The notes beneath the pieces were generated by a model. The model did not search any database and was not told where the DNA came from. It saw only the letters and a program-made list of their open reading frames with translations. Positions 1-12,161 of a stretch of DNA of 50,013 nt are shown here, piece by piece. The position numbers were made by a program, and so were the translations under genes. Position 1 is the first letter of the stretch. Every line of letters begins with the position of its first letter. Origin of the DNA: Octopus sinensis (taxonomy: Eukaryota); assembly GCF_006345805.1 (NCBI RefSeq), contig NW_021835120.1, positions 1 to 50,013 on the forward strand. Reading direction: 5' to 3'.

Positions 1-108
1 GCTGTCTCTCCCTGATTGAGGTCACCTATATTTAAAGATCCTTCATCCGTGACCACTCTATCATTGTGTAATAGAGGATTTAGAAAAGTATTTCTCAACC
101 GGGGTCAA

Positions 109-155
109 TATGGCCCTCGGACGTCCGTATGGCCCTCGGACGTCCGTATGGCCCT
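109..155. repeat. 19-bp tandem repeat (2.5 units)
   Basis: TATGGCCCTCGGACGTCCG at 109-127 and 128-146, partial third unit to 155; each unit contains the palindrome CGGACGTCCG. Confidence 0.9.
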
Positions 156-285
156 TTGAGCTAAGACTTTCTTGCTAAACTTTATTCGTGAATTCTTCTT
201 TCTTTTACATCTTTCAGTCATTTTCCAGCATCCATGCTGAAGCACTGCCTTAAAGGACCTTTGTCGAACGATCTTATCTTTATTT

Positions 286-304
286 ATGTATATATATATA
301 TGTA

Positions 305-338
<34 letters not shown>

Positions 339-348
339 GATATATATA

Positions 349-404
<56 letters not shown>

Positions 405-415
405 CATATATGTAG

Positions 416-450
<35 letters not shown>
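286..450. repeat. (TA)n microsatellite
   Basis: Near-pure TA dinucleotide run; source of the YIYI ORFs. Confidence 0.95.
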
Positions 451-660
451 GCTTATTGTATCTTTCTGTCTGTTTGTCCCCTACCACCGCTTGACAACAT
501 GTGTTGGTGTGTTTACGTATCTGTAACTTGATGGTTCGGCAAAAGAGAATGATAAAACAAGTACCAGGCTTTTAAAAAATACAGGGATGGAATTGCTCGA
601 GTAAAATTCTTCAAGGCCGCGCTGCAGCATGGCCGCAGTCTAACAAATGAAACAAGGAAA
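451..660 (+). mobile_element. SINE family B, 3' half
   Basis: Matches the 3' half of the full copies at 30630-31090 and 32313-32718 (gtttgtcccc...cgcttgacaac...cagcatggccgcagtc...gaaacaag). Confidence 0.85.
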
Positions 661-665
661 ATAAT

Positions 666-1059
666 ATTTTCTACTCTAGGCACAAGGCCCGAATTTTGGG
701 GGAGTGGGAGTTAGACGATTAGATCGACCCCAGTATGCAACTAGTGCTAAATCTATTGACCCCGGAAGGATGAAAAGTAAAGTCGACCTCGGCGGAATTT
801 GAACTCAGAACCTAAAGACAGAAGAAATACCCATTTCTTTACTACCCATAAGGGGCTAAACACAGAGGGAACAAACAAGGACAGACAAACGGATTGAGTC
901 GATTATATCAACTCCAGTGCGTAACTGGTACCTATTTAATCGACCCCGAAAGGATGAAAAGCAAAGTCGACCTCGGCGGAATTTGAACTCAGAACGTAGC
1001 GGCAGACGAAATACCGCTAAGCATTTCGCGTGCTAACGTTTCTGCCAGCTCACCGCCTT
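666..1059 (-). mobile_element. SINE family A, head-to-tail dimer
   Basis: Two copies of gaccccgaaaggatgaaa..aaagtcgacctcggcggaatttgaactcagaac; B-box-like GAGTTCAAATTCC on minus; junction at 825-831. Confidence 0.9.
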
Positions 1060-1287
1060 AAGACATAAAAGAAAATGAATGAAAAAATGTCACACAGCCG
1101 TCACTTGCAAGCGAGCATGTCTTGAAAGCATGTATCATGTTTTCGGTAATTGTTTTAAGTTCCTACGTATCACCAGGCAAGATAGATAGCCTCTCAGCCC
1201 TTCCACATTTGACCCATTGAAACAGCCTTGGTATGGCAGTTAAAGCGAAAGGAGGCTGCACCAGTACTCAGAATATGATCAATATAA

Positions 1288-1542
1288 ATTTCTGTACTAC
1301 CCACAAGGGGCTAAACACAGAGAGGACAAACAAGGACAGACAAACGGATTAAGTCGATTAGATCGACTCCAGTGCGTAGCTGGTATTTATCTAATCAACG
1401 CCGAAAGGGTGAAAGGCAAAGTCGACCTCGGCGGAATTTGAACTCAGAACGTAGCGGCAGACGAAATACTGCTAAGCATTTCGGCCGGCGTGCTAACGAT
1501 TCTGCCAGCTCGCCGCCTTCTTCTGCCAGCTCGCCGCCTTCC
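1288..1542 (-). mobile_element. Full-length SINE family A with 16-bp target-site duplication
   Basis: AATATGATCAATATAA at 1272-1287 and 1543-1558; 19 nt of the 5' end duplicated (1501-1519, 1522-1540). Confidence 0.92.
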
Positions 1543-1558
1543 AATATGATCAATATAA

Positions 1559-1687
1559 GCGAGTACACTGGTGTAAAGTGAAACGAAGAGCCTGTCTGAA
1601 AGACATAACATAGCGCCTGGTCCTGGAATCGAACCCATGACTTTGTAATCGTGAGCTCAGTACCCTAACTACTAGTCCACGCACCTT
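1559..1687 (-). mobile_element. Older tRNA-derived SINE (family C), head and partial body
   Basis: Minus strand AAGGTGCGTGGACTAGTAGTTAGG (A-box-like) and GGGTTCGATTCC (B box, 1625-1636); no intact cloverleaf. Confidence 0.7.
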
Positions 1688-2299
1688 CTTCGTTCATATT
1701 TTTCGTTCTATTTAGCTGAGCGCCGGTATTTAGTTATGTCCATTTACGTTTTCTGTTCAAATCTTACTGTCTCAGAAAAGACACAATAAAAAGACTATAA
1801 AATAGACTACGCACCCCCAACCCCACTCAACCTACGGCCTCGTGTGAATATAAGAAATCGATCTATTTTCAATAGGTGATGACGGTAAATTGACAGAAGC
1901 AGTAGAGCTTTGAAGTATTTACTTTTCTATCTCCTAACGTCTGAGAGCGAATGTTGTTCAGGTCTCCATCACAGAGTCTTTCATCCTAGCTAAATCAATG
2001 AGCTAAATATATGGATGACATTGTAGTCTATTTACTCCATTATAGAACACCCCACAAACAGAAATATCAGCTTTGAATCTATTCAAAATAAATCGATATA
2101 CTTTCAACATTTAATTTCGGAATAGTTATGTAGCTTTAATTATTTTTATTTACCTTTTTCGTACGTTTTTTGTCGATCGTGCCATTATATATATATATTG
2201 GTTGTGTCATTTTGTGTGTTATCTATAAGGATGTGTGTCGCTTTTGTCGTTATCTATTCGATGTATATGTTTAAGTATGGCGTATATCCGCTTAATTAC

Positions 2300-2416
2300 C
2301 ATTCGCAGGTAGTGTATGACGTATATCGCAAGTCGACATCTACAATTCCTCTTTCTGTATTCATTCTTCAGTTTTATCATTTCTTCATCTTTTGACTTTA
2401 TTTTTCGTGTTTGCAT
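2300..2416 (-). CDS. Candidate coding exon, product unknown
   Basis: Acceptor tgtctttttag directly before 2416, donor ATG|GTAATT after 2300; 117 nt open in phase 0 (MQTRKIKSKDEEMIKLKNEYRKRNCRCRLAIYVIHYLRM). No recognised homology. Confidence 0.35.
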
Positions 2417-2686
2417 CTAAAAAGACACCAGTTGTGGAAAATCTCAGGCAAAAATTCAATTATATATCTATAATATATTTAGATAAGTTTTAATTTAATT
2501 ATATATTTGGTTTACGTTTACACAACACGATGCAAACTTTCTCTCAAACATCTTAATATCGCGAGAACGAGTTTGTGTTGTTTTTTTTTTTTCTTATTTT
2601 CATTTTAACTTTTAACTTCGGTAAAAAAAAAAAAAAGATACAACAACATATAATTCTATTGTACATAGATTGTGAGAAACACATGC

Positions 2687-2785
2687 CTGAACAAGATCAT
2701 GTAATTTTGTTGTTTCTGATCTAGATCAATAAGCTTCTGAAGTTCATACAATGAGCTTTCAAGTTCATGGTGTTCGACTAACCCG
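2687..2785 (-). CDS. Candidate coding exon (GLVEHHELESSLYELQKLIDLDQKQQNYMILF)
   Basis: Very strong acceptor ttttatttttatcttcttgtttttaattttag; open frame with helical, protein-like composition; ends at CAG|GCATGT (GC donor, 99 nt) or weaker GT donors after 2683 or 2665. Confidence 0.45.
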
Positions 2786-3384
2786 CTAAAATTAAAAACA
2801 AGAAGATAAAAATAAAATACGCCATTATGATTTATGATATGAAGACCCTTTTATGGGAAATATCGTAGTAAAAAGACCACAACAACCATTTATATTTTCT
2901 CTGAATTCTCCCCCCATCCATTCCCAGCCCATACAGTCTCATACACGCTCACATTACGCCGCATTCCTACACATACGGACACGGAGATAGATGTTTTCTG
3001 CACACGCACACCCGTGCTGACTAGCACACACGTACGCACACATGTGAATACACGCACATACACACATACACACATACAATCTCGGCAACTGCTATATATT
3101 CCCTTTTGCAACATGTTCGACATTTCTGCTCATCATACATCTCTTCTCTCCTCTCCTGACGACCCACCCACACATCTACCAATCTACTTAACGACCTAGA
3201 AATCTACCCCGATGTCTGTATACCTACCTACCTACCTACCTACCTACCTATCTACCTACTTACCTACCTACATACATACATACACACATACATACATACA
3301 TACATACATACACACATACATACATACATACATACATACCTATCTACCTACCTACCTACATACATACATACATACATACATACA

Positions 3385-3760
3385 TGCTTCCCAGCCATAT
3401 GGTTCCGGGTTCAGTCCCACTGCGTCGCACTTTGAGCAAGTGTCTCTTACTGTAGCCTCGGGCAAACCAAAGCTTTGTGAGTGGATTTAGTAAACGGAAA
3501 CTGAAAGAAGCCCGTCGCATATATATGTATATATTTATGAGTGTCTGTGCTTGCCCCTCAACACCATCGCTTAACAACCGATGTTGGTGTGCTTACGTCC
3601 CTGTAACTTAGAGGTTCAGCAGAAGAGACCGGTAGAATAAATACTATACTTACAAAGAATTAATCCTAGGGTCGATTTCATTGACTAGAAATCCTTTTAA
3701 GGCGGTGCTCCAGCATGACCACAGTCAGATGAATGAAACATGTAAAAGAATAAAATAATA
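3385..3760 (+). mobile_element. SINE family B, slightly 5'-truncated
   Basis: ggttccgggttcagtcccactgcgt...gggcaa...gaaactgaaagaagcccgtcg, internal (TA)n, then conserved 3' half. Confidence 0.88.
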
Positions 3761-3895
3761 CCTACCTGATTACACATCCACCTACCTACCCACCAACCTA
3801 CCACTCTCCTTACTCCCCAACATATCTACATATCTTCATACCTATCCGCCCACCCAACATCCTAGCCCCTTGCTTCATCTATTATTGTTCCTATA

Positions 3896-4273
3896 TTAAG
3901 GCGGCGACCTGGCAGAATCGTTAGCACGCCGGGCGAAATGCGTAGACGTATTTCGTCTGCCGCTATATTCTGAGTTCAAATTCCGCTGAGGTCGACTTTG
4001 CCTTTCATCCTTTCGGGGTCGATTAAATAAGTAATACCTATTTTTTTACTACCTACTAGGGGCTAAACACAGAGGAGACAAACAAAGACAGACAGACGGA
4101 TTAAGTCGATTATATCGACCCCAGTGCATAACTGGTACTTATTTAATCAACCCCGAAAGGATGAAAGGCAAAGTCGACCTCGGCGGAATTTGAACTCAGA
4201 ACGTAACGGCAGACGAAATACAGCTACGCATTTCGCCCGGCATGCTAACGTTTCTGTCAGCTCGCCGCCTTAA
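3896..4273. mobile_element. Inverted pair of SINE family A copies
   Basis: Plus copy 3896-4033 (3'-truncated) abuts a full minus copy 4033-4273; ends TTAAGGCGGCG and CGCCGCCTTAA are reverse complements. Confidence 0.9.
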
Positions 4274-4310
4274 GTAGTAATGATTGTAGTAGTAGTAGCA
4301 GTAATAATAA

Positions 4311-4341
<31 letters not shown>

Positions 4342-4346
4342 AATAA

Positions 4347-4377
<31 letters not shown>

Positions 4378-4466
4378 AAGAAGAAGGGGGAGGAGTAGAA
4401 GAATACAACAATTTACTTATGCCAATTCAAACCAAAATGCTAAGAATAAAACAGAAAAGTTTCACG

Positions 4467-4549
<83 letters not shown>

Positions 4550-5291
4550 ATGAAGCTGTAGAGAACTTAACGACTTGTAACAGATTTCCACCGCCACCGC
4601 CACCACCATCACCGCCGCCACCAACACCGCCATTCTTTAACACTTAATATCTAATATATAATTATCTCAGATAATGCCTGGATCAAAAGCAGACTCTTCG
4701 GCAAGAAATCATTAACAAATTCCTGTGTCCTCAGAAAGAAACGACGCATGGTTGTTCGTTAATTCTAATGATATATTATGATTCCGCTTGTAGACAGTTT
4801 AACGCTTCCATCGAACAATTGTCGCTCTTTAGAAAGATTTGTAAAAGGAAACGCGATCTTCTAGTAATATTCTTCGATTACAGAGCTGTTAATAGTTTGC
4901 GTAAATTGATCATTTATTTGCATTTGAGGAATGGAAACTAATGAAGCGAATCCAAAATTTGATGTTATGAGAGGAGATCTTCATCATGTTACGTGTGTGT
5001 ATTTAGGTAGTATCGCTTTTCCGACTGACGAGACGTCCGCCATTTGCATTTTTCTATTTGCTTTTAAACACACACACACACATGCACACATGCATACACA
5101 CATACACACAAACACACACACACACAAATGAACACAGATACCTGCAAAAATATTACGCGTTTAATCACACCTACATATATGTATGCAAACGTATTTATCT
5201 CTCTGATTCGCCCCTTCTAATTTACTATCCCCCTCTCTCTCACTCACTCCTCTTTCACTCTCCTCCCTTATATATATCCGAAGTAAACACA

Positions 5292-5450
5292 TAAATGTGA
5301 AACAAGGTGGAAAAAAACTACTCAAATACCAGAGGTAGAGTAATATGCTTTATTTAAAAGCAGCAGAAATATAACAAAACTGTCCGATGAACGGGAACGT
5401 GACACTCCGAGTACCAGCTTTTCTTATGTTTCTGCTGCTTTTAAATAAAG
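5292..5450 (+). mobile_element. Penelope-like terminal-repeat fragment with long hairpin
   Basis: tttatttaaaagcagcagaaa / tttctgctgcttttaaataaa inverted arms enclose a hammerhead-like core; followed by (TA)n. Confidence 0.6.
5376..5421 (+). ncRNA. Degenerate minimal type I hammerhead ribozyme motif
   Basis: Stem I aaaactgt/ccagcttt (2 mismatches), core CCGATGA 5384-5390, stem II ACG-ggaa-CGT, GACA instead of GAAA, stem III ACTC-c-GAGT, then A. Confidence 0.55.
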
Positions 5451-5469
5451 TATATATATATATATATAT

Positions 5470-5795
5470 TCTTTTATTATTTTATTTGTTTCAGGCATTT
5501 GAATACGGCCATTAGTTGAAAACATCGACCCCAGGACTTATACTTTGGAAGCATAGTACTTATTCTATCAATCGCTTTTGCCAAACCGCTAAGTTACGGC
5601 GACGTAAACGCACTAACATCGGTTGTCAAGCGATAGTGGGGGCACAAACACAGACACAAAAAAATATATATATATAGGTACGACGGGATTTTTTGGTCGG
5701 CCCGTGGATATTATAGAATATACTTGCTCAAGGAGCCATTCAGTGGGACTGAACCTGGAACGTTGTGGTTGGGAAGCAAGCTTCTTATCACACAG
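5470..5795 (-). mobile_element. SINE family B, internally deleted
   Basis: Reverse complement of family B 3' half plus head (cagtgggactgaacctggaac...cacacagccact). Confidence 0.85.
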
Positions 5796-6004
5796 CCACT
5801 AATGAGCCTATAATTCATAACGCGAAGTTCCATCACAAGAAACGTATATGTTTTGCCATCAAATCCTATGTTCACCGATTTCTATGTATCGAGGGACTCT
5901 ATGAAAAAATAGCGTTTGATAAACGAATATTTCCGATATTGTGATATCGTGAGCCGATCACCCTAACCACTATGCCACGCACCATACACACACACAACAA
6001 ACAC

Positions 6005-6052
<48 letters not shown>

Positions 6053-6053
6053 G

Positions 6054-6112
<59 letters not shown>

Positions 6113-6229
6113 CCTTATTACTCGCTTGCACACACGCATACACACACACTCACACAGGATGCAAGGGATCAACTGACACTTCTTACAGACACTTCATGGC
6201 AGATAAGATTCTAACACAAGAAGTGAAAA

Positions 6230-6388
6230 GACATGGTGCCCTTGTCGCCATGAGTGGGAAACACTGCGATTTACAAGTCGGTGATTCAGCGTCTATAACG
6301 AAAGGAACCTACCCAGGCATTCCGCTTCAGGATCGAACCTAGAGCTTAGAACTACGAGCTGCGGAGTAATCTTCTTAACTACACATCT
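6230..6388 (-). mobile_element. Degenerate tRNA-derived SINE head
   Basis: Minus strand tgtgtagttaagaag (A-box-like) and aggttcgatcctg (B-box-like). Confidence 0.5.
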
Positions 6389-6964
6389 ACATCTATGCTT
6401 CAACGTATGATTCTTGTCTAAAAAAGGGTAGCATCTCTTCCATTGATTATATCATCTCATATCGTTTATTTATTAATCAGACAGCATCTATATTTTAGCT
6501 TTAATTTCTAACCGCAAAGACACGTTAACATTTAAGTTTCGAAGAATGAGGTGTTAATATTTTCCTGTATCACTTTAGCTGTGTCACCTCTAAACTTTAG
6601 AGAAACGTATTAAAAAAAAATATTGTTCCATAATATGTATTATCCGATATTTGTTAAGATAGAAGTTGTAACATCTACATTGGGTATTTCTGCTTTTTTT
6701 TTCTGAGAAATATAGATATCAAAATGGTAATGATTTATTATATTTTCACAAATCCACATATTTATTCGTTATGGGAGCGAAAAGAAATCGATTTTACAGA
6801 TCCGGTTATATATATATAGTGTAACGAACAGAAATAGACAAAGCAAAATATTTAAAGATCTTTCTGGTATTCCAAGGTTGTTTTCACATCAGTTGTTCGA
6901 TGGAGGTGCAAGTGATTAAAGCACCTTGGTGAGTCGAATACCTTAGCAGATTTCAGGTCTAAGT

Positions 6965-7500
6965 TTCAGGCAGACAGACTGACAGCCAAACAAGCAGGCA
7001 GACAGACACATACGCACACGGACACACGGGTAGGTGGACAAACGGACAGGCAAACAAGCAGACAGAATGTCAAACAGGCAGACAGACAGACAGGCAGACA
7101 GACAGACAGACAGACAGACAGGCCGGCAGAGATTGAGGGATCGTATTTTATTAGATGTTTCTGAAACAGACACACACGCAAACACGCATATACGCGCGCG
7201 CAAATAAGCACACACATCACACACACATACACACACACACAAACACACGCACACACATCCTCACACACGCGCGCACACATCCTCTCACACACAGAGACAC
7301 GCACGCACACACACACGCACACACATCTTCAACACACAGCGAACACAAACATCCTCACACACACACGCACAAACACACATCCTCACACACTCACACGCAC
7401 ACACACACGCACACACACACACACACATGCGCACACACACACATCCTCACACACACACGCACACACAGACACGCATGCACATACGCATACACGCGCTCGT
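6965..7500. repeat. (CAGA)n/(CA)n compound microsatellite
   Basis: Degenerate tetra- and dinucleotide runs. Confidence 0.9.
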
Positions 7501-7629
7501 CCACTCACATACATTATTCAATTAGATGTTTCTGAAATCACACCCCAAATTTCGGTTAAAGCAAACAAGTTGTACAACGGAAGCATTAAATAGACGAATA
7601 CGTTTCTTTAGGCATTCCAACACGCATGC

Positions 7630-7710
7630 CTTAATATGCAAACAAATACAACAGCAAACACATAACGAATCATTTGCCACGCGGAGGTATATGAGCGCAG
7701 CTGAGAAGCT
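7630..7710 (-). CDS. Candidate exon encoding a signal-peptide/TM-like stretch (ASQLRSYTSAWQMIRYVFAVVFVCIL)
   Basis: Acceptor ccctgcactctttatcag; 81 nt, phase 2 to phase 2; ends at AAG|GCATGC (GC donor); ATG at 7673-7671. Confidence 0.3.
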
Positions 7711-8207
7711 CTGATAAAGAGTGCAGGGATCATATAAAATTTATAATGGAAATGGAACGAACAGGCAAAATTCTATGAAAACATATATCTATAATATTAT
7801 AACAAAAAAAAATATGCATTCATGTTATATTTATTCTGGACATTATCATGTATCTGTTTGATAAATGGATCTGAAATACAAATTCGCACCCACACGCACG
7901 CGCGCGTGCGTTTACTGAAATAGTCTTAAAGACTTTTCAAGGAAATATATATATATATACATACATACATATATACATACATATATATATAGTGTGTGTG
8001 TGGTGTGTGTGTGTGTATGTATGTATGTATGTATGTATGTATGTATTTATGTATGTATATATATATGTGTATATATATATATATAAATATACATATGATA
8101 TATTTATATACAAATATACATATGATATATTTATATAAACATTATAGTCATATATTTGTATAAACATATATATATATATTTTATTAGTATTATCATCATC
8201 ATTATTA

Positions 8208-8261
<54 letters not shown>

Positions 8262-8310
8262 TAATATCATTATTATATTATATTATTATTATTGTTATAT
8301 TATTATTGAT

Positions 8311-8853
8311 GAGAGAGCAGTTCATGCCATCAAAGTGACACTGGGGTAAAATATACGAAGCCCATATACCCATCATGACTACCCGTCTGATAAAGGTACA
8401 CCAGGCACATGCATCACAACATATGTGCGCGACATGGTGATCTCATATCAAGATAAACAGCATATGACCTTGCAGGTGGGCCCAGTTAGAATTTTCTTCA
8501 GGTTGAGTAGCCCATCCCGCTCAAAAGGTCCCTGAATAAGGATTGTTTAAGGATGTTGAAAGAACCACCCGTGTTTCCAGAGGTGAATTATTCAAACCCC
8601 AAGAATCCCTCTCAACACATGGCTATGATGCTCCCCCACTACTTCTGCTCGTGATCAGAGATGCACATATCGTCAGCCACTAAGGGACATGCTCAACTGG
8701 TTAAGGTCAAACAACTGACAAGCAAATCTGTGGTATTGAGCAGAATATTGCTGTAGCCCATCTTTTATACCAAGACAAACAATGTACATGATAACACTTC
8801 CATCAGTTAAGATCAGAAGCCATGAGAGCCACTGCCTGGTACTGCATCACGGC

Positions 8854-8856
<3 letters not shown>
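8311..8856. mobile_element. About 545-bp non-coding element embedded in (ATT)n
   Basis: GC-balanced block with sharp edges between two (ATT)n arrays; I recall it as an octopus interspersed repeat, but only one copy is in this window. Confidence 0.6.
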
Positions 8857-8913
<57 letters not shown>

Positions 8914-8967
8914 CATTATATCATTATTATCATTATTATTATCCTCATCATCATTATTACTATTATT

Positions 8968-9143
8968 AAAGCAGCAACCTGGCAGAAACATAAGTATGCC
9001 GGGCAAAATTCTTGGCGACATTTTGTCCGTCTTTACGGTCGGAGTTCAAATTCCGCCGAGGTCGGGTTTGACTTTCATCCTTTCAGGATCGATAACATAA
9101 GTACCAGTCTGAGTACTTATTTCTTGCCTTGTGCCTATAGTAG

Positions 9144-9148
<5 letters not shown>
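8968..9148 (+). mobile_element. SINE family A (short-tail variant)
   Basis: ctggcagaaac...ggagttcaaattccgccgaggtc...ttcatcctttc...ccttgtgcctatagtagaaag then (ATT)n. Confidence 0.85.
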
Positions 9149-9187
<39 letters not shown>

Positions 9188-9365
9188 GTTATTATTAATT
9201 CTTTTTACCTCAGGTTTTTTCGGAACTCTTGGAGTCTTGCATGCGTAGCGGGCTTGCTGCCTGAAGCCTACGGTATCATCCTATCTGGGGGGTTTTCAAC
9301 TATCTAATGTTTTCAAGATTTTTTTTTTCTTTCGTAACACAGTGCAGGTAGAAATGAGAAAATGG

Positions 9366-9465
9366 AATATTTTCTTCGCAAGGAAACCCGGACCTGTACA
9401 CTGACAAAATGCAGCACTGAATTTTGTCAGTGAACAGGTCGTTGTTTTAAGGCGACGAAAATATT
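9366..9465. repeat. About 100-bp imperfect palindrome
   Basis: Inner arms gacctgtacactgacaaaat/attttgtcagtgaacaggtc (19 of 20 paired); outer arms aatattttcttcgc/gcgacgaaaatatt (13 of 14). Confidence 0.85.
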
Positions 9466-9639
9466 TTGACAAATCAAATTCAAATGTTGAAGTGAATCTT
9501 ACGGTTTTTGTGCGTGTGCTTGAATGGCATATAAACACCTCTCACTCTGCAATTGACCCTTGCTATGCAAGTACATATATATATATATATATATATAGGG
9601 AGAGAGAGAGAAAGAGCTTTGAAGTGATATATAGATATT

Positions 9640-10105
9640 GTATATTTATTTACATATTTTTTACAGTTTTAGCGCTTTCCTTCGTTACCGAATTTATCAA
9701 AAAGTGGTTTAAAGTTAGATTTCTTGGCATTTTTATATATGAAAAATTTGTGGTATTTCCCAAACAAGGGAGAAGAAAGAAGAAAAAATATTTTGAGAAG
9801 AAAGGAAAGGTAATGAGGCGTGGCTTCTGTACTTGTATGGTCAGCCTTGTTTGTTTAGTTTGTAGTGGCATTTTAAGGTGGGGAAGTAAAAACAATTTTT
9901 GTATTTAAATTGGCCAAGGTTTTATTTAAAAATCCAGATGTTGTTTTTGACATTCTCCAGTTAAAATTATAATTGCGTTTGCAGCTCTTGTTCTTTTATA
10001 ATGATTATAAAATAATTGTATCGATGTGATCAAACGAATTTCATTGAAATGTTAGATGTTATCGAAAGAGTGATTATTGAGTTCACTATACACTCACACA
10101 GCAAT

Positions 10106-10150
<45 letters not shown>

Positions 10151-10735
10151 ATGTATGTATGTATATATCTATACATATATATATATATTCATATATATAT
10201 ATTCATATATATATATAAATACATACCCATACAAACATATATATAAATACACACATATAAATATATATACATACATACATACATATAAACACTCACACTC
10301 AAACGCATCTATATATGTACATGTTTATATTTGTGCACACATACACACATCACACAAACATAAGTACTCATTATGATTTTTTAAATATAATTAACATAAT
10401 TAAAGATTTCTCATTGTGGTTAAATAAATTTGGAAAGTTTTGGTCATTTTAGCCGTTACACTTAATTTTTGCCCGAGTATTTGTCCTTCAGACTGCAAAA
10501 TGAAATTTTAAAAAAAAGCAATACACAATGCTCTCACAATTATGTTTCCAAATTCATCTCTTTCTGGGTGGTTGTTTTGTTTTGAATATAGTTTTGCTTG
10601 GCAAACCCCTACAAATTTTTTTTTTATAAAAAGGCCAAAAAATCTAACTTTAAACCACATTTTGATAAATGTGATAACGGAAGAAAGCGCTAAAAATGTA
10701 ATAAAAAATGTACATAAATTTATATAATAATCCAA
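9640..10735. repeat. Pair of about 135-bp inverted repeats (9640-9775 and 10590-10735)
   Basis: ttttagcgctttccttcgtta..atttatcaaaa.gtggtttaaagttagattt.ttggc matches the reverse complement of the second arm at roughly 80% by eye. Confidence 0.8.
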
Positions 10736-11316
10736 CATTCTGACAACATTATTCTAAACACACGCACACACGCATGCACACGTGCGCGTGCGCACGCGTA
10801 ATAAATACATTTTAAGTTTCCGTTGAATCTTCATATATTCTCTGTGGGTTTTCAACTTCATCTATTTCTCCTATACTGTTTCTTGTTTGGATTAGTAAGA
10901 ATTGACATACACCACACACCACATACACACACACACACAACACACATATATATATATATATATATATAATATATTATATATATATATATTTATGTATGTA
11001 TATTTGCAGAGAGAGAGAGAGAGTGCAAGAGACCAATAGAAAGAATGAGAATATGGGAGAAAGAAAGAGAGAGATGGGCAAAATAGAGGGAGATGTGTTG
11101 AACACAAAAGTTAAAATAATACGCAGTACGAGTAGTAGAGTAAATCTATTTTTCCCACTTAATGATTAATTACTTGAGAGATTATAGCAAGATGTCAGCT
11201 TTCAGGCGACATTATATACATACACAAATATATACATATACACATAATATTATATATGCTTTATACGTGTTATATATAAGTAAGTATATGTGTAAGTATA
11301 TGTGTGTATGCATTTT

Positions 11317-11380
<64 letters not shown>

Positions 11381-11483
11381 CATATATGTATATATCTAGT
11401 ATATATAATATATATATATATGTATATATATATGATATATATATATATATATGTATATGTATATAATATATATATATATATTA

Positions 11484-11521
<38 letters not shown>

Positions 11522-11960
11522 GTTTTGTGTAGGTTTATGTGTAAGTATGTATGTATGTATGCATGTATATGTATGTGACAGAGGTGAGTGCTTGCATTGA
11601 ATCACATCAGAGATTATCTGAGAGAGACGACAGCCAGGCAGATAGTCTTACATGAATCATCTTAATTACTTTTGCTGTCCCTACTGTAAAACACATTAAA
11701 GGAAAAACCGATTACGTCGAGTTGAATTCCTTTGTCGTTGAAATTCATAATTAATAATGTGACATCTCTTTTGTATGTTTTTAAGGGAAAACTTCGCTGC
11801 TTTGCCCATAAACTTAGCGATGTGTGTGTGTGAGTGCGTGTGTAAGTGAGCTCGTGAGTGAGTGTGTGCGTGTCTGAGTGTGTGTATGGAAGCATTTAGG
11901 AGTGTGTGGGTATACATTGAGGCACAGACACATGAATACACATATATGTGTATATCTATC

Positions 11961-12011
<51 letters not shown>

Positions 12012-12130
12012 TATATATATACATATATATAGATAGATAGGTGATAGATAGATAGATAGTAGATAGATAGATAGATAGATAGATGATAGATAGATAGATA
12101 GATAGATTCATATATACGAATTATCCATCC

Positions 12131-12161
<31 letters not shown>

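Noticed and set aside
109-155. CRISPR-like short repeats
   Set aside because: Units are contiguous with no spacers; eukaryotic context with no cas genes.
2750-2785. EF-hand call for GLVEHHEL
   Set aside because: It fits loop positions 6-12, but none of the candidate upstream exons supplies the D-x-D/N ligands at positions 1 and 3.
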